Shown here: piece by piece, positions 1 to 9,877 of the stretch
Numbering within the stretch: position 1 is the first letter of the stretch
How the letters are laid out: each line of letters begins with the position of its first letter
DNA from: Acidobacteriota bacterium
Lineage (GTDB): Bacteria; Acidobacteriota; JAAYUB01
Direction of reading: 5' to 3'
DNA: 32,000 nt
NCBI GenBank assembly: GCA_018001935.1
Contig: JAGNHB010000046.1
Span: 1 to 32,000, forward strand
Program-made: the position numbers and the translations under genes
The notes under the pieces: model-generated
Databases searched by the model: none
What the model saw: only the letters and a program-made list of their open reading frames with translations
What the model was told of the DNA's origin: nothing

Positions 1-23
1 GGCTCCGGGGACGGGCACCGGTC

Positions 24-3000
24 TTACTCCGTCACCTCCACCGGGCCGTAGAAGAGGCGGTTGCCGTTGTTCTCCACTTCCGCGAGTTGGTACCGGTACG
101 GGACACCCGGGACGGCGTCCCCGTCCAACCAGGCGTAAGGGGCGCCCAATGCCTCGCTCCCCTCAGCGGGGATGAGGCTGCCCGACACCTTCACGAACTG
201 GTCGGACACCCCGTCCGCCCGCCAGATCTCGAAGCCGGCCGTGCCCAGCTCAGTGGCGGTCTCCCAGGTGATCAGGACCCCGGCGGGACCCCGGACCGCC
301 TCGAGGGACAGCAGGGTGATGGCCAGGGGCGCGTTCGGGCCCACGATGCCCGAGGCGGGGTTGCCCGCCCCCAGGGGGGTCGCGGGCCCCATGGCCGCCA
401 CCACGTTGGAGAAGGTGACCTGGAAAGTGTCCCCCGCGACGAGGAAGTTGGACAGGTCGACGCTGTTGATGCGGAGGGAATTGGCGGCCGGGTCGTAGAC
501 CGCCTCGTAGGGGGCCTTGGACCCCAGCGGGACGGGCGTCCCGATGGGGGACTCCAGGGCGATGTTGGCCAGGTTCTCCACCGAAGACTCCAGCACCTTG
601 CGCTGGTAGCCGAAGTAAACTTCCACGGCGTCGGTGTAGGCGAAGGCCTCGGTGATGGAGGGGGCGAGGGCGGCCCCCGCGTCCGCGGTGACGGTACCCG
701 TGGCGCTGTTGTTGGGGGAGGCCAGGGTCACCCCGTCGGCGGTGTCCATCCCCGTGGCGGTGACGGTGTAGTTCTTGCCGCCGTCGCCATGGAGGTTGAC
801 CCCCAGGATCCAGGCCTTCATGAAGCCGGGGTCGTAGGTGACGGTGCAGGCCGACAGGTCACGGGGCGAGCCCTCGCCGGCCACCGTCAGGGACCAGTTG
901 GCGACCCGGAGCACGTCCTGCGCCTTCATGGCCCGGGAAAAGGACACCTCCACCACTTCCCGGTTCGGGTTCCCCGCCGCGTCGTAGGTCCGGGTCGACA
1001 CGATGGACGGCGTCACGCTGCTCGCCTGCCGGACCACCCCGTACATGGGACGGATCTGGGTCGAGTCCGTGAAGTAGGCGATGGGGTTGAGGAGGTCAAC
1101 ATTCGTGATTCCTGTGGTCATACGCAGACCGAAGGTGTTCCCGGCTGTGAGTGGGGTGCCGATCCCGGAAATAGTAAGCATCCGTGTGTTATCGTCATAG
1201 GTTCGGGTAGTTCCCAGCAGGCTGATGACGGAGCCTCCCTGGAAAATCGTATCCAGGAAGTTGGTCTTGCTGGTGCCCCCGTAGGTAGGGCTCAGCCGGA
1301 GGGAATAGTTCGCGCGGGACTGAGCCGAGGTCCGGGTCACGGGCTGGTTGAAGAAGACGGTGATGGTCTCGTTGTCATAGGCGATAGCGTGGGCAAAGAC
1401 TTTCTCGATGTCGTTGATGGAGTAACTTACCGAACTGAAGGGGCTGTACTGATGGGTCGGCACGCTGGCGCTGGTGAAGTCGGGCGGCCCGGGGACCTCG
1501 TTGACAAAATCCCCACCAACGGGGCGTCCGGCGGAATCCCGGACGTTTGATGCCAATGCGACGGGGTATATTAATCCATCGGTTACGAGTTGGTAGCTAG
1601 AATTGGCGTTAATCGTCAGTGTCAGGGCCGTGGAGTTCCAGATGTAGCTGTCCGCGTTGGCTAAGAAATTTGCGAAGGTTTCTGTGAATCCGGCCCAGTT
1701 GTTCCGGTTGTTGACGGCGTTGGCGGACCCGTCAGCCAGCATGTTCCGGGAGAAGCGGATGACCATGGCATCACCGCGAGTCTGGTAATCCTCCATCGAC
1801 ACCATCCACGCCGGCGTGGTATCGCTCCCCGCGGCGAAACCCAGGGCGGAGGCCAGGTTGAGCCGGCCGTTGCCGTAGAAGGGGTCGAAGCCCGTGGGGC
1901 CCAGGTCGTCGGCGGTGCTCTCCAGGAGCTCCTTGACCTTGGCGGGGGTATAGTCCGGGTTCTGCTCCAGGACCAGGGCCGCCGCGCCCGAGACCACGGC
2001 GCAGGAGGCGGAGGTCCCGTTCATGAAGGTGTAGCCGTTAGCGGGGGCGCCGGAGTACCAGTAGGGGGCGTAGATTTTCCACCCCGGCGCCGTCACGCTG
2101 ATGTCGGGGCCGATGTTGGTGAAGGCGGCCAGCCGGTCGTCGGGCTTGGTGGCCCCCACGGCGATGCCCCCGCTGGGGGCCCGGGCCCAGTTGGGAAGGT
2201 CGGAGGCGTCGTTGCCCGCGGCGCTCACCACCGTGGCGCCCAGGGCCACCGCGTCCGCCACGGCGTTGGTGAAGACGTCGACGGGGGGCTCGGGGTCGGG
2301 GAGGTACTGAAAGACGTTGGCCGAGCCCATGCTCAGGTTGATGACCCGGGCCCCGTACACGGCGGCGTAGTGGATGCCCCGGACCAGGTTTAGGACGGTG
2401 GCCCCGCCCGAGCTGTCGAACACCTTGACGGGCAACAGGGTGGCCCCGGGGGCGATCCCCACGCTCCCCACCCCGTCGGCGTTGGCGGCGATGATCCCCG
2501 CCACTTGGGTCCCGTGCCCGTCGGTGTCGGAGGGGTCGGCGTCGTTGTCGCCGAAGTCGGGGCCTGCCAGCACCTTGTCGGTGCCGGCGAACTCCTGGTG
2601 GCCGGCGAAGATCCCCGTGTCCAAAACGGCGACGACGACGCCCGACCCCGTCACGTCGTTGGCCCAGGCCACGTCCGCCTTGACCTTCTGGGGCGCCCAC
2701 TGCATGAGCGGGAGCTGGGGGTCGGTCACGGTGATGCAGGGGACGGCGATGTGGTTGGGTTGCGCCGACCGGATCCCCGGCACCCTCCGGAGCCTGGACG
2801 CCGCGCCCCGCACGCTCTCACCGGGCGCCACCTGCATCCGGATGTACTCCCTCCCGAGCGCCGTCACGACGCGTTCGACGGGAAAGGCGGTGTCGAGGGC
2901 CTCCCGGGGGACGGGGCCGCGCTGCTCGAACAGCTCCACCAGGACCTCGTCCGCCAGCCAGGCGTCGGAGGGGCCCCGGCGCCGGAGCTTGTCGCTCTGG

Positions 3001-3440
3001 GAGTAGCCATGGAAGAAGTCGTCCACGGCCCGCGCGGCCTCGGCGCCCTCCGCCCCACCCTTCCCCAACGCGGCGGGCAGGCGGAAGGGCGCCCCGGCGG
3101 GCCCCGGCAGGAGCCGGTCGTCCAGGGGGCGCACCCGCAGCTTCACGCCGTCTCGGCGCCGGAGGTACTCCCACAGTGAGCCGGGCAGGGCCCAGGCCGC
3201 TTCGCGAAGGACTTCCCCGCCGTTCTCCAGGGTCGAGTAGAAGACGGTCCGGAAGTCGTCCAGCGAGACGTCCACCGCCCAGGCCAACGCGGGGCCCGAC
3301 CACGCCAGGGCGGGCGGGCCGGCGTCGCCCCGTGCGGCACGCACCGGGCCCGGGGCCCAGGGAGCGTCACTCCCGGCAGCGAGGGCCGCACCCGTCAACA
3401 AGCCCGTCAAGACCATCCAACATGCCGTTCGTCTTCCCAT
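24..3440 (-). CDS. Secreted S8 family (subtilisin-like) serine peptidase with C-terminal Ig-like/bacterial surface modules
   Basis: ORF 24..3494(-); likely start at MGRRTACWMVLTGLLTGAALAAG (signal peptide) at 3440. Catalytic motifs AVLDTGIFAGH (Asp), DTDGHGTQVAGI (His), MNGTSASCAVVSG (Ser). C-terminal segment ITWETATELGTAGFEIWRA is typical of secreted multi-domain proteins. Confidence 0.93.
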   Translation of the reverse strand: MGRRTACWMVLTGLLTGAALAAGSDAPWAPGPVRAARGDAGPPALAWSGPALAWAVDVSLDDFRTVFYSTLENGGEVLREAAWALPGSLWEYLRRRDGVKLRVRPLDDRLLPGPAGAPFRLPAALGKGGAEGAEAARAVDDFFHGYSQSDKLRRRGPSDAWLADEVLVELFEQRGPVPREALDTAFPVERVVTALGREYIRMQVAPGESVRGAASRLRRVPGIRSAQPNHIAVPCITVTDPQLPLMQWAPQKVKADVAWANDVTGSGVVVAVLDTGIFAGHQEFAGTDKVLAGPDFGDNDADPSDTDGHGTQVAGIIAANADGVGSVGIAPGATLLPVKVFDSSGGATVLNLVRGIHYAAVYGARVINLSMGSANVFQYLPDPEPPVDVFTNAVADAVALGATVVSAAGNDASDLPNWARAPSGGIAVGATKPDDRLAAFTNIGPDISVTAPGWKIYAPYWYSGAPANGYTFMNGTSASCAVVSGAAALVLEQNPDYTPAKVKELLESTADDLGPTGFDPFYGNGRLNLASALGFAAGSDTTPAWMVSMEDYQTRGDAMVIRFSRNMLADGSANAVNNRNNWAGFTETFANFLANADSYIWNSTALTLTINANSSYQLVTDGLIYPVALASNVRDSAGRPVGGDFVNEVPGPPDFTSASVPTHQYSPFSSVSYSINDIEKVFAHAIAYDNETITVFFNQPVTRTSAQSRANYSLRLSPTYGGTSKTNFLDTIFQGGSVISLLGTTRTYDDNTRMLTISGIGTPLTAGNTFGLRMTTGITNVDLLNPIAYFTDSTQIRPMYGVVRQASSVTPSIVSTRTYDAAGNPNREVVEVSFSRAMKAQDVLRVANWSLTVAGEGSPRDLSACTVTYDPGFMKAWILGVNLHGDGGKNYTVTATGMDTADGVTLASPNNSATGTVTADAGAALAPSITEAFAYTDAVEVYFGYQRKVLESSVENLANIALESPIGTPVPLGSKAPYEAVYDPAANSLRINSVDLSNFLVAGDTFQVTFSNVVAAMGPATPLGAGNPASGIVGPNAPLAITLLSLEAVRGPAGVLITWETATELGTAGFEIWRADGVSDQFVKVSGSLIPAEGSEALGAPYAWLDGDAVPGVPYRYQLAEVENNGNRLFYGPVEVTE

Positions 3441-3558
3441 GACGACCTCCGCTTCGCCGTTGTCCCCTCCGTTATTGATCTGATTATAGCACAATCCCGT
3501 CAGGTTCCGGGTGAAGCGGCGGAACGGGTTTTCTTCCGAAGCGGGTCGCCGGGGAGGG

Positions 3559-5079
3559 TCAGGGGGGCGGCGCCGCGGGGCCCGGGGCCCGCTTGCCGAA
3601 CCAGATGCCGGGGTCGGTCTGGTTCCAGGCCATCCCGGGGATCGGGGGTTGGGACGGGGAGAAGACGACCAGGAGGTCCCGGGGCCCCATCCGGCGAACC
3701 CAGGGGGCGAAGGCGGGCCAGTCCTTGCGGTCGCGCTGGATCTTCCGGAGGACCCGCAGGTCCTCGTCCCGCATCATCCCCGACTCGTACCCGTAGACGT
3801 AGCGCCAGCTCCCGCGGGGGTTGTCGAAGAACATCTTGTTGAAGACACTCATCTCAGCGCTGTAGACGATGCCGCCGTCCCCGGGGAGCCACCCCGACAG
3901 GCCCGGCGTCAGGGCATTCCACCGGCAGACGTTGGGGTTGACGTACCCCTGGCTGTGGTTCGGGGAGGATTCCCGGCTCCACTGGCCCATCCAGTCGGAG
4001 GTCGCGAAGACGAAGAAGGCCAGGCAGGGGAAGAAGGTGGCCCAGAGCCGCCGGGTGAGGGGCTTGAGGGAAGGGCGGTCGACCAGGTCCTCCACCAGCA
4101 GCGCCGTGAGGACCAAAAGGGCGGGGAGGCCCCACTCCGCCCAGAAGCGGAAGATCCTCAGACCGCCGACCCAGCCCAGGGCGGCCACGGCCAGGAGGAG
4201 GCGGTGGGAGGGGTCGAGGACTCGGCGGCCCGTGAGGCGGGCGTGGACCTCCAGGAGCCCCCCGACGGCCAGCAGGTAGGCGAACCCGCCCTGGAACGGC
4301 TTGAACTCGCCCACCAGGACGTCCCACTCGGAACCGGTCCCGAAAGTGGTGAACAGCAGCGAGACGTGCTGGTAGAGGTACTGGAGGGGGTGCCCGGTGG
4401 CGAGGGCGCCGAGGAGGACCCCGAGGCCCGCGCACGCGGCGAAGCGGCCGCCGTCCCTGAACCGCCCGCAGAGGAGGAAGGCGGCGAGGGGGATGGCCCA
4501 CAGGTACCAGGCATGGTGAATCCAGGTGTTCAGGGCGATCAACGCCGCGGTGATCGCCAGGACCCGCCGTCCGGCTTTCCCCGGGGCCCAGAGCTTGAGC
4601 AGGACCACCAGGATGGTCAGGGTGATGAGGAAGGGCCGGGCGCGGCTCATGCGGAAGAGGAGGCTGTCCGGGAAGGCCAGGGCGGCCCCCAACAGCGCGA
4701 CCACCCACGCCTCCGGCCTCCGGAAGAGCAGGGCGGGCACTGCGACGGCGACCCAAAAGAGAGCTACGTAGGACACAACCACCAGAGTGGCCGGGGAGCA
4801 ACCGAAAAGGGCGTGCAGTCCCGAGAGGATGGCGTGCCAGCCCAGGTGAACGTCGAGGTCCATCCCGTCGCGCAGGACGAGGACCTCCCCCCAGGTCTTC
4901 CCCGAGACCGCCTTGGCGGCGTGCCGGAGGCTGTCGCTCGCCGGGAAGTAGCTGTAGGTGTGGTGGATGTAGAGCGGGATCAGCAGCAGGATCAGCAGGA
5001 CCAGGGCGGTGAAGGTGCGGTCCGGGACATGGGGGGACGGCTTGGCGTTCATGGGGATGAAATAGCCCAAGCGCCGCAA
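3559..5079 (-). CDS. Polytopic integral membrane protein of unknown function
   Basis: ORF of 506 aa with many hydrophobic segments (ALVLLILLLIPLYI, VVVSYVALFWVAVAVPALLF, LITLTILVVLLKL). Start may be the internal MNAKPS at 5052. No family-defining motif recognised. Confidence 0.75.
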   Translation of the reverse strand: MRRLGYFIPMNAKPSPHVPDRTFTALVLLILLLIPLYIHHTYSYFPASDSLRHAAKAVSGKTWGEVLVLRDGMDLDVHLGWHAILSGLHALFGCSPATLVVVSYVALFWVAVAVPALLFRRPEAWVVALLGAALAFPDSLLFRMSRARPFLITLTILVVLLKLWAPGKAGRRVLAITAALIALNTWIHHAWYLWAIPLAAFLLCGRFRDGGRFAACAGLGVLLGALATGHPLQYLYQHVSLLFTTFGTGSEWDVLVGEFKPFQGGFAYLLAVGGLLEVHARLTGRRVLDPSHRLLLAVAALGWVGGLRIFRFWAEWGLPALLVLTALLVEDLVDRPSLKPLTRRLWATFFPCLAFFVFATSDWMGQWSRESSPNHSQGYVNPNVCRWNALTPGLSGWLPGDGGIVYSAEMSVFNKMFFDNPRGSWRYVYGYESGMMRDEDLRVLRKIQRDRKDWPAFAPWVRRMGPRDLLVVFSPSQPPIPGMAWNQTDPGIWFGKRAPGPAAPPP

Positions 5080-5245
5080 ATAGTCAAGGGGGGAAAGACG
5101 GGTCGAACCCCGGAAGCCGGTGCCGACCCCTCACGGAGAAGTGATAAACCCCGACCGGGCGGATTCCTGCCGTCTTGCGGTGGCGGGACCAATGGCGATC
5201 GCGAGGCCGATACCGAGAGGTGGCCTGGTGGGGATGTCCAGGAAG

Positions 5246-5280
5246 AGGACACCCATTCTTCTGCCTCGAGTGGGTGTCCT
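5246..5280. repeat. Hairpin-forming dispersed repeat, copy 1 (AGGACACCCA-N15-TGGGTGTCCT)
   Basis: Perfect 10-bp inverted repeat. Flanking sequence ggaagaggacacccattcttctgcctcgagtg recurs at about 8997-9028. Confidence 0.8.
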
Positions 5281-5310
5281 GATTCATACGAGTGAGTGTC
5301 CTGTATTAAC

Positions 5311-5406
5311 CGCCGCGGCGAGAGGGTGATGGGCCTGGCCTGCGCCGTGATGTACGCCGGAATTCCCGCTGCGGTGGTGAGCCTCTGGAACGTCCCCGAC
5401 CAGGGC
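5311..5406 (+). pseudogene. Remnant of a CHAT (caspase-like) domain C-terminal segment
   Basis: + strand translation RRGERVMGLACAVMYAGIPAAVVSLWNVPDQGT matches the typical CHAT-domain signature (..GEGVxGLARAFLYAGAPSVVVSLWxVdD). There is no upstream catalytic His/Cys region, and the segment is cut off by a repeat on its 5' side. Confidence 0.6.
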
Positions 5407-5415
5407 ACCCGGGGG

Positions 5416-7539
5416 CTATCTGACCTCTCCCGGCCTGTCCGCGTCCGCCATGACCGCCGGGCGGGTGATCACCAGCAGCTGGTGGCTCTCGGTGCAGGGC
5501 CGTCGGACAGGCGTCGAGCCGGAGACGGACAGGGTGTACTCCGATCCCCCGGCCGACTTCTCCACCTGCAGCGACCCGCCCGGCGGGATCACCTGCCGTG
5601 TCTGCCAGAAACCCTCGGGGGCGTCCAGGGGGAAGCGGACGAGGGTTTCCGGCTTGAAGACATACGGCGTGTCGCCGCCGAACATGTCGGCGGACATGGC
5701 AACGTCCACAAACACCGGCGCCGCACCGCGGTTGGTCAGAACCAGGTGGACGGTGTGGTTCTGACGGACGGAACGGTAACGCAGCCAGGGCCGACCCGGA
5801 GCGACGGCGTCGCTCTCCACCCAGATCTTCCCCTGGGCGTTGCGCTTCACCAGGTTGGTGGCGATCTCCGAGAGTTGCCGGGCGAGGACCGACTCCGAGT
5901 AGCGGAGGAGCCGGCCCTCCCGGACCACCACGCGCCCGTCCGACAGGACCGTGTCCACGTCCCGGGGACCGCAGCTGTAGATCAGGAGCGGGACCAGGTT
6001 GTCCACGTCCTCGGCCTGCACCACGGGTGCCAACCCCAGCCGTTTCCGGGAGAACAGCACGAGGTCGGCCTCCTTGCCGGCCTGGATGGAACCGGTGACG
6101 GCGCCCAGCCCCAGGGCCTCCGCCCCGCCCAGGGTCGCGGCGCGGAGGACGTCCCAGGCCTTGATCGCCTTGGTCCGGGCCGTGTTCAGGTACTGGATTT
6201 TCTGCAGGTTCCACGTGGCCTTCATGGCCTGGAAGAAGTCGATCCCGTCGTTGCTGGCGGCGCCGTCGGTCCCGATGGTGACCGGGATCCCCTCGTCCAG
6301 GTAGCGGAGGATCGGGGCCACGCCGGACGAGAGGTACTGGTTGGAGTCGGGGCAGTGGGCGACCCAGGCGCCGTGGGCGCGGAAGATGTACCGGTCCGTC
6401 TCCTCGGGCCAGACGGCGTGGATGGCCACGTAGCCGTCCATCCCCCCGAGCCATTCGAGGAGCGGGACGGGGGAGATGGTCTCGGGGCCCTGCAGCGCCT
6501 GCAGGTTCGCCTTTTCCACGGCCGTCAGCCGGTCGGCCTGGTCGGACAGCATCTGGCCGGCCAACCGGGACACCTGGAGCATGTTGTCCGCCTGGCTGGG
6601 GGATCCTCTGCCCAGCATCTGCTGCATGAAGAGGAAATCCGCGGCGTCGAGGCGCTCCCCGTAACGCTGGACGTAGGCGTCGAGCAGGGTGTACAGGTCC
6701 CGCTGCTCCTGGACGTTCTCCATGGTGTGCTCGGTCATTCGCAGGCCGAGCTGCTTCGCCAGGAGGATACCGTCGTAGATCGTGGGGGTGTCGAAGTAGG
6801 AGAGGGTCCCGAAGCCCATCCACACGTCGACGGCGCTGCCGCCCAGCCGCCTCAGGCGCCGGATCTCGCTGACCTTGGCGTCGTCCGGCAGAAAGACCGC
6901 CTGGTGCCACCAGACGACGTCCCCCTCCAGGCCCGCGTCCTTGAGCGCCCGGACGACCTGTTCCAGGGCGAACTCCTGGAAGTTCATCGACGCGTAGTCG
7001 GACACGGTGGTCACGCCGGAGAGCAGGGCCTGGTTGGCGGCGGCGAGCACGACCCGGTAGAGTTCCTCCGGCTCGAAGAGGTGGCAGTAGTCGTAGATGC
7101 TGACCCACTCCTGGAGCTTGCCGTCGGGGCGGAAGCCCTTGGCCACGTGCTGCCAGAGGTGGGTGTGGGTGTTGACGAAACCGGGGACCGCCACGAGGTC
7201 GGACCCGTCGATGGCGAAACCCGGCCGCTCGACCCGGGCGGGGTTGGGGGACACCCGAACGATCCTCCCGCCGTCCATCACGATGTCCTGGTGGTGGAGG
7301 ACCCGGGAGTTCTCCACGTCCACCACGGTGACGTTCCGGATCACGTCGGCGGCCGCGATCGGGTCCGGGGGGACCATTCCAAGCAGGATCAGCCCCAACG
7401 AGATGACAGGCGCCGCGAGGCGTCGCCGGCGTCTCGCCGCCGGGCGCGCCGACCGGGTGGTGGGCCCGGGAACCCGGCATGGAAAGGGGGAACCGGGAAG
7501 AGGGGCGGGTGGGGCATTTTGTGCATGAGGGTTTTTCAT
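5416..7539 (-). CDS. Secreted amidohydrolase family protein (imidazolonepropionase/ATZ-TRZ-like)
   Basis: 707 aa; VAVPGFVNTHTHLWQHVAKGF metal motif, MTEHTMENV, VAIHAVWPEE, IGTDGAASNDGIDFFQAMK, GSIQAGKEADLVLF; N-terminal hydrophobic signal segment; about 130 aa C-terminal extension after the amidohydrolase fold. Confidence 0.85.
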   Translation of the reverse strand: MKNPHAQNAPPAPLPGSPFPCRVPGPTTRSARPAARRRRRLAAPVISLGLILLGMVPPDPIAAADVIRNVTVVDVENSRVLHHQDIVMDGGRIVRVSPNPARVERPGFAIDGSDLVAVPGFVNTHTHLWQHVAKGFRPDGKLQEWVSIYDYCHLFEPEELYRVVLAAANQALLSGVTTVSDYASMNFQEFALEQVVRALKDAGLEGDVVWWHQAVFLPDDAKVSEIRRLRRLGGSAVDVWMGFGTLSYFDTPTIYDGILLAKQLGLRMTEHTMENVQEQRDLYTLLDAYVQRYGERLDAADFLFMQQMLGRGSPSQADNMLQVSRLAGQMLSDQADRLTAVEKANLQALQGPETISPVPLLEWLGGMDGYVAIHAVWPEETDRYIFRAHGAWVAHCPDSNQYLSSGVAPILRYLDEGIPVTIGTDGAASNDGIDFFQAMKATWNLQKIQYLNTARTKAIKAWDVLRAATLGGAEALGLGAVTGSIQAGKEADLVLFSRKRLGLAPVVQAEDVDNLVPLLIYSCGPRDVDTVLSDGRVVVREGRLLRYSESVLARQLSEIATNLVKRNAQGKIWVESDAVAPGRPWLRYRSVRQNHTVHLVLTNRGAAPVFVDVAMSADMFGGDTPYVFKPETLVRFPLDAPEGFWQTRQVIPPGGSLQVEKSAGGSEYTLSVSGSTPVRRPCTESHQLLVITRPAVMADADRPGEVR

Positions 7540-7629
7540 TTCCGTAAGGTAAGGGCAACAACGGGGGAAGTCAAGCGGATTCCCGGGCCGTGGACCGGGG
7601 ATGAAACGGGGCTCGGGAAAAAGGCGGCA

Positions 7630-7750
7630 AAGGACGAAAGGACTTAAAGGACCAAAAGGACCAAAAGGACAGGCGGGGCAAAAAAGGACAGGCAGAGAGA
7701 GGCGGGGCAGAGAGGGGCAGGCAGAGAGGGGCAGGCAGAGAGGGGCGGCG
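7630..7750. repeat. AAAGGACCAA-type short tandem array followed by 14-nt tandem repeat (cagagaggggcagg) x3
   Basis: aaaggacgaaaggacttaaaggaccaaaaggaccaaaaggac at 7630-7670; cagagaggggcagg at 7708, 7722 and 7736. Confidence 0.8.
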
Positions 7751-7812
7751 AGGAGCGGTTGGCCGGCCTGCCGTCGCTGAAACCGGGCGCCCTACACGCC
7801 CGTATACGATGC

Positions 7813-8616
7813 ATGGTCGATCAAGACAACGATACGGTAGTCGACAACCCGAGGGACACAAGGCCAGGGGTCCGTATTCGGGAGGACGTCACGGTAAAAG
7901 GGACCGACGGGGTCGCCGCGTCTGCGGCCCGGCGGTTCCTGGCGGTAGCGGTCGGAGTGCTGCCGGTGCACACCGGGCTGCTCTGGCACCGCCTGTCCGG
8001 GGGCGGGGCCTTCTCGGTGGCCGAGATGCTCGCCTACCCCCTCGTCCTCGGGGGGGCCAACATCCTGCTGATCCTGCTCCTGGACCGCTTCCTGCTGAAG
8101 GCTCCCCGGCGGAGCTTCAGCCCCGGCCCGGGGAGCGCGACGGGCGACCTGGGGTGGGGGATCGCTCTCCTGGCCGCCTATTTCCTGTTGATGGCCGTCG
8201 AACGCGCGGTCCTGGGGGCGTGGCTGCCGGGGGGGAAACCCCTCTCCCCGGAGTTGATGAACCTGCTTCGGGGGCTGGCCCGCGACCCCCTGCTCCTGAC
8301 CCTTTGGCTCGGGCCGGTCCTCTGGGTCGGGGTGGCTCTCTTCGAGGAGACGGCCCGGGTCTTCACCCTGAAGACTCTCTGGGGCATCCGGGACTCTGCC
8401 GCCTGGCGGGGGGGCGTGATCGTGGCTTTCGCCGTCCTGTTCGGGGTGGCGCACCTCTACCAGGGCTGGATCGGCGTGGTCACCACCGGTGTGCAGGCCG
8501 TGGTGTCCGGGCTGTTCTACCTGCGTTTCCGGCGCCTGGGGCCGCTGGTCTGGGCGCACGGCCTCTTCGACGGCATCCAGGTCGTCCAGTTGGTCGTCCT
8601 GCTCCGGCAGGCCTGA
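7813..8616 (+). CDS. CPBP family intramembrane (CAAX-type) metalloprotease
   Basis: ORF 7759..8616; probable start MVDQDNDTVV. Motifs FEETARVF (EExxR), FGVAHLYQG, WAHGLFDG within a multi-helix protein. Confidence 0.8.
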   Translation: MVDQDNDTVVDNPRDTRPGVRIREDVTVKGTDGVAASAARRFLAVAVGVLPVHTGLLWHRLSGGGAFSVAEMLAYPLVLGGANILLILLLDRFLLKAPRRSFSPGPGSATGDLGWGIALLAAYFLLMAVERAVLGAWLPGGKPLSPELMNLLRGLARDPLLLTLWLGPVLWVGVALFEETARVFTLKTLWGIRDSAAWRGGVIVAFAVLFGVAHLYQGWIGVVTTGVQAVVSGLFYLRFRRLGPLVWAHGLFDGIQVVQLVVLLRQA

Positions 8617-8837
8617 GAAAACGGGTGCCAGGTTCTATCCAAGACCAATCACTTCGTGCCTTGGTGAGAGCAATTCCGGAAGGATCGCTCACGGAGGCAC
8701 AGAGACTCGGAGCAGATTGCGGCGTGGTGATATCGTGGCCGTGGCCGTCCGAAATCCCCGCGCCTCTGCGCGAGATAACTCTTTGAATTACAATAACTGA
8801 TCGTTTGCTGACGTGTGCGGCTCTGGCATGAGGCCGA

Positions 8838-8920
8838 CGGCGATAGCCCTACCGACGGCGATACCGATACCGATCTGCGATACCGATTCCGACACCGACC
8901 CCGGCGGAGATTCCTCCGGA
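8838..8920. repeat. Hexamer-like GATACC/GACACC tract, copy of a dispersed intergenic element
   Basis: gacggcgataccgataccgatctgcgataccgattccgacaccgaccccggcggagattcctccggacctacagcc; related text at 9912-10050. Confidence 0.7.
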
Positions 8921-9000
8921 CCTACAGCCCAACCCGGATAAACCGGAAAGAAACCACGGATGAACACGGATCATCCGGACGCTTCAGAATAAACAGGAAG

Positions 9001-9035
9001 AGGACACCCATTCTTCTGCCTCGAGTGAGTGTCCT
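9001..9035. repeat. Hairpin-forming dispersed repeat, copy 2 (AGGACACCCA-N15-TGAGTGTCCT)
   Basis: Same sequence as copy 1 at 5246-5280 with one stem mismatch. Confidence 0.8.
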
Positions 9036-9059
9036 GAATCATGGTGATACGCTGACCGC

Positions 9060-9737
9060 TCAACGACGTTTGTTCAGGCCGAGCGAGATAGGTTTGCGTC
9101 GATATTCACGGACCAGGCGTCTGGCCTCGAGGTGTATGCGTCGTTCCTCATCTGCCCGGCGTCTGGCCTCGGCGCGAGCTACATTCCGTTTCCATGCGGC
9201 CAGGGACGGGGGGTTACCCCAGCCCCGTTTTGAACGGAGCAGTGACAAGGTATGAAACAGGATGGGTAAAAGAGTAGCCCCCACTACAGCCGCGACTTTG
9301 ATAGCTGACCAGCCGATATTCCGCCAGTCTGCCACGAAAACCAGGATGTAGAGAGACGTGACGGGCAGTGTTACGGCCCCCAGCCAACCGTATCGGATGC
9401 TGCGGTACCTGTGCTCCCTGGAGACAATAGAAAAGAACACATGTCTCAGGAGATAGAGGATGGTTCTTTTCCCTCTTAAAAAGAACAACAGAAGAAAAAG
9501 AAGGGAAAAAGTAATCAATCCGCTGTTGATCCGGGAATAATCTTTGTCGGTTTCCTCGGTATAATGGAAAGCGATCACTATTCCAAGCAAGACGAGAATC
9601 AGAAACCAATTAAAAAGGGGTTCCTTCCGGTCCTCCTCGTCAAGCATCAGGTGCGGCAGCTGCTCCTCGATGGGTACCTCCTCGGTTACCTCCGGCAACG
9701 GGGGTGGTTGTGGCGGCTTATCAAGATCCAGAATCAT
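9060..9737 (-). CDS. Small membrane protein of unknown function
   Basis: ORF 9060..9782(-), likely start MILDLDKPPQPPPLPEV at 9737; hydrophobic segments WFLILVLLGIVIAF, GLITFSLLFLLLFFL, VTSLYILVFVADW, VVGATLLPILFHTL; basic C-terminus. Confidence 0.65.
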   Translation of the reverse strand: MILDLDKPPQPPPLPEVTEEVPIEEQLPHLMLDEEDRKEPLFNWFLILVLLGIVIAFHYTEETDKDYSRINSGLITFSLLFLLLFFLRGKRTILYLLRHVFFSIVSREHRYRSIRYGWLGAVTLPVTSLYILVFVADWRNIGWSAIKVAAVVGATLLPILFHTLSLLRSKRGWGNPPSLAAWKRNVARAEARRRADEERRIHLEARRLVREYRRKPISLGLNKRR

Positions 9738-9877
9738 TGGTCTACCACAATAAAATGCTTGAAAAGAATATGTTAATCTCACAGAGGCACGGAGAAGATC
9801 GCAGGGAACCGACGGCTTGGCCGGGGCCGTCCGGATTCACCGTGCCTCTGCGCCTTCGTGAGAGAAAAATCCGGGCC

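Noticed and set aside
5407-7647. Rest of the 783-aa + ORF 5296..7647
   Set aside because: Only its first ~35 residues are CHAT-like; the rest is antisense to a clear amidohydrolase.
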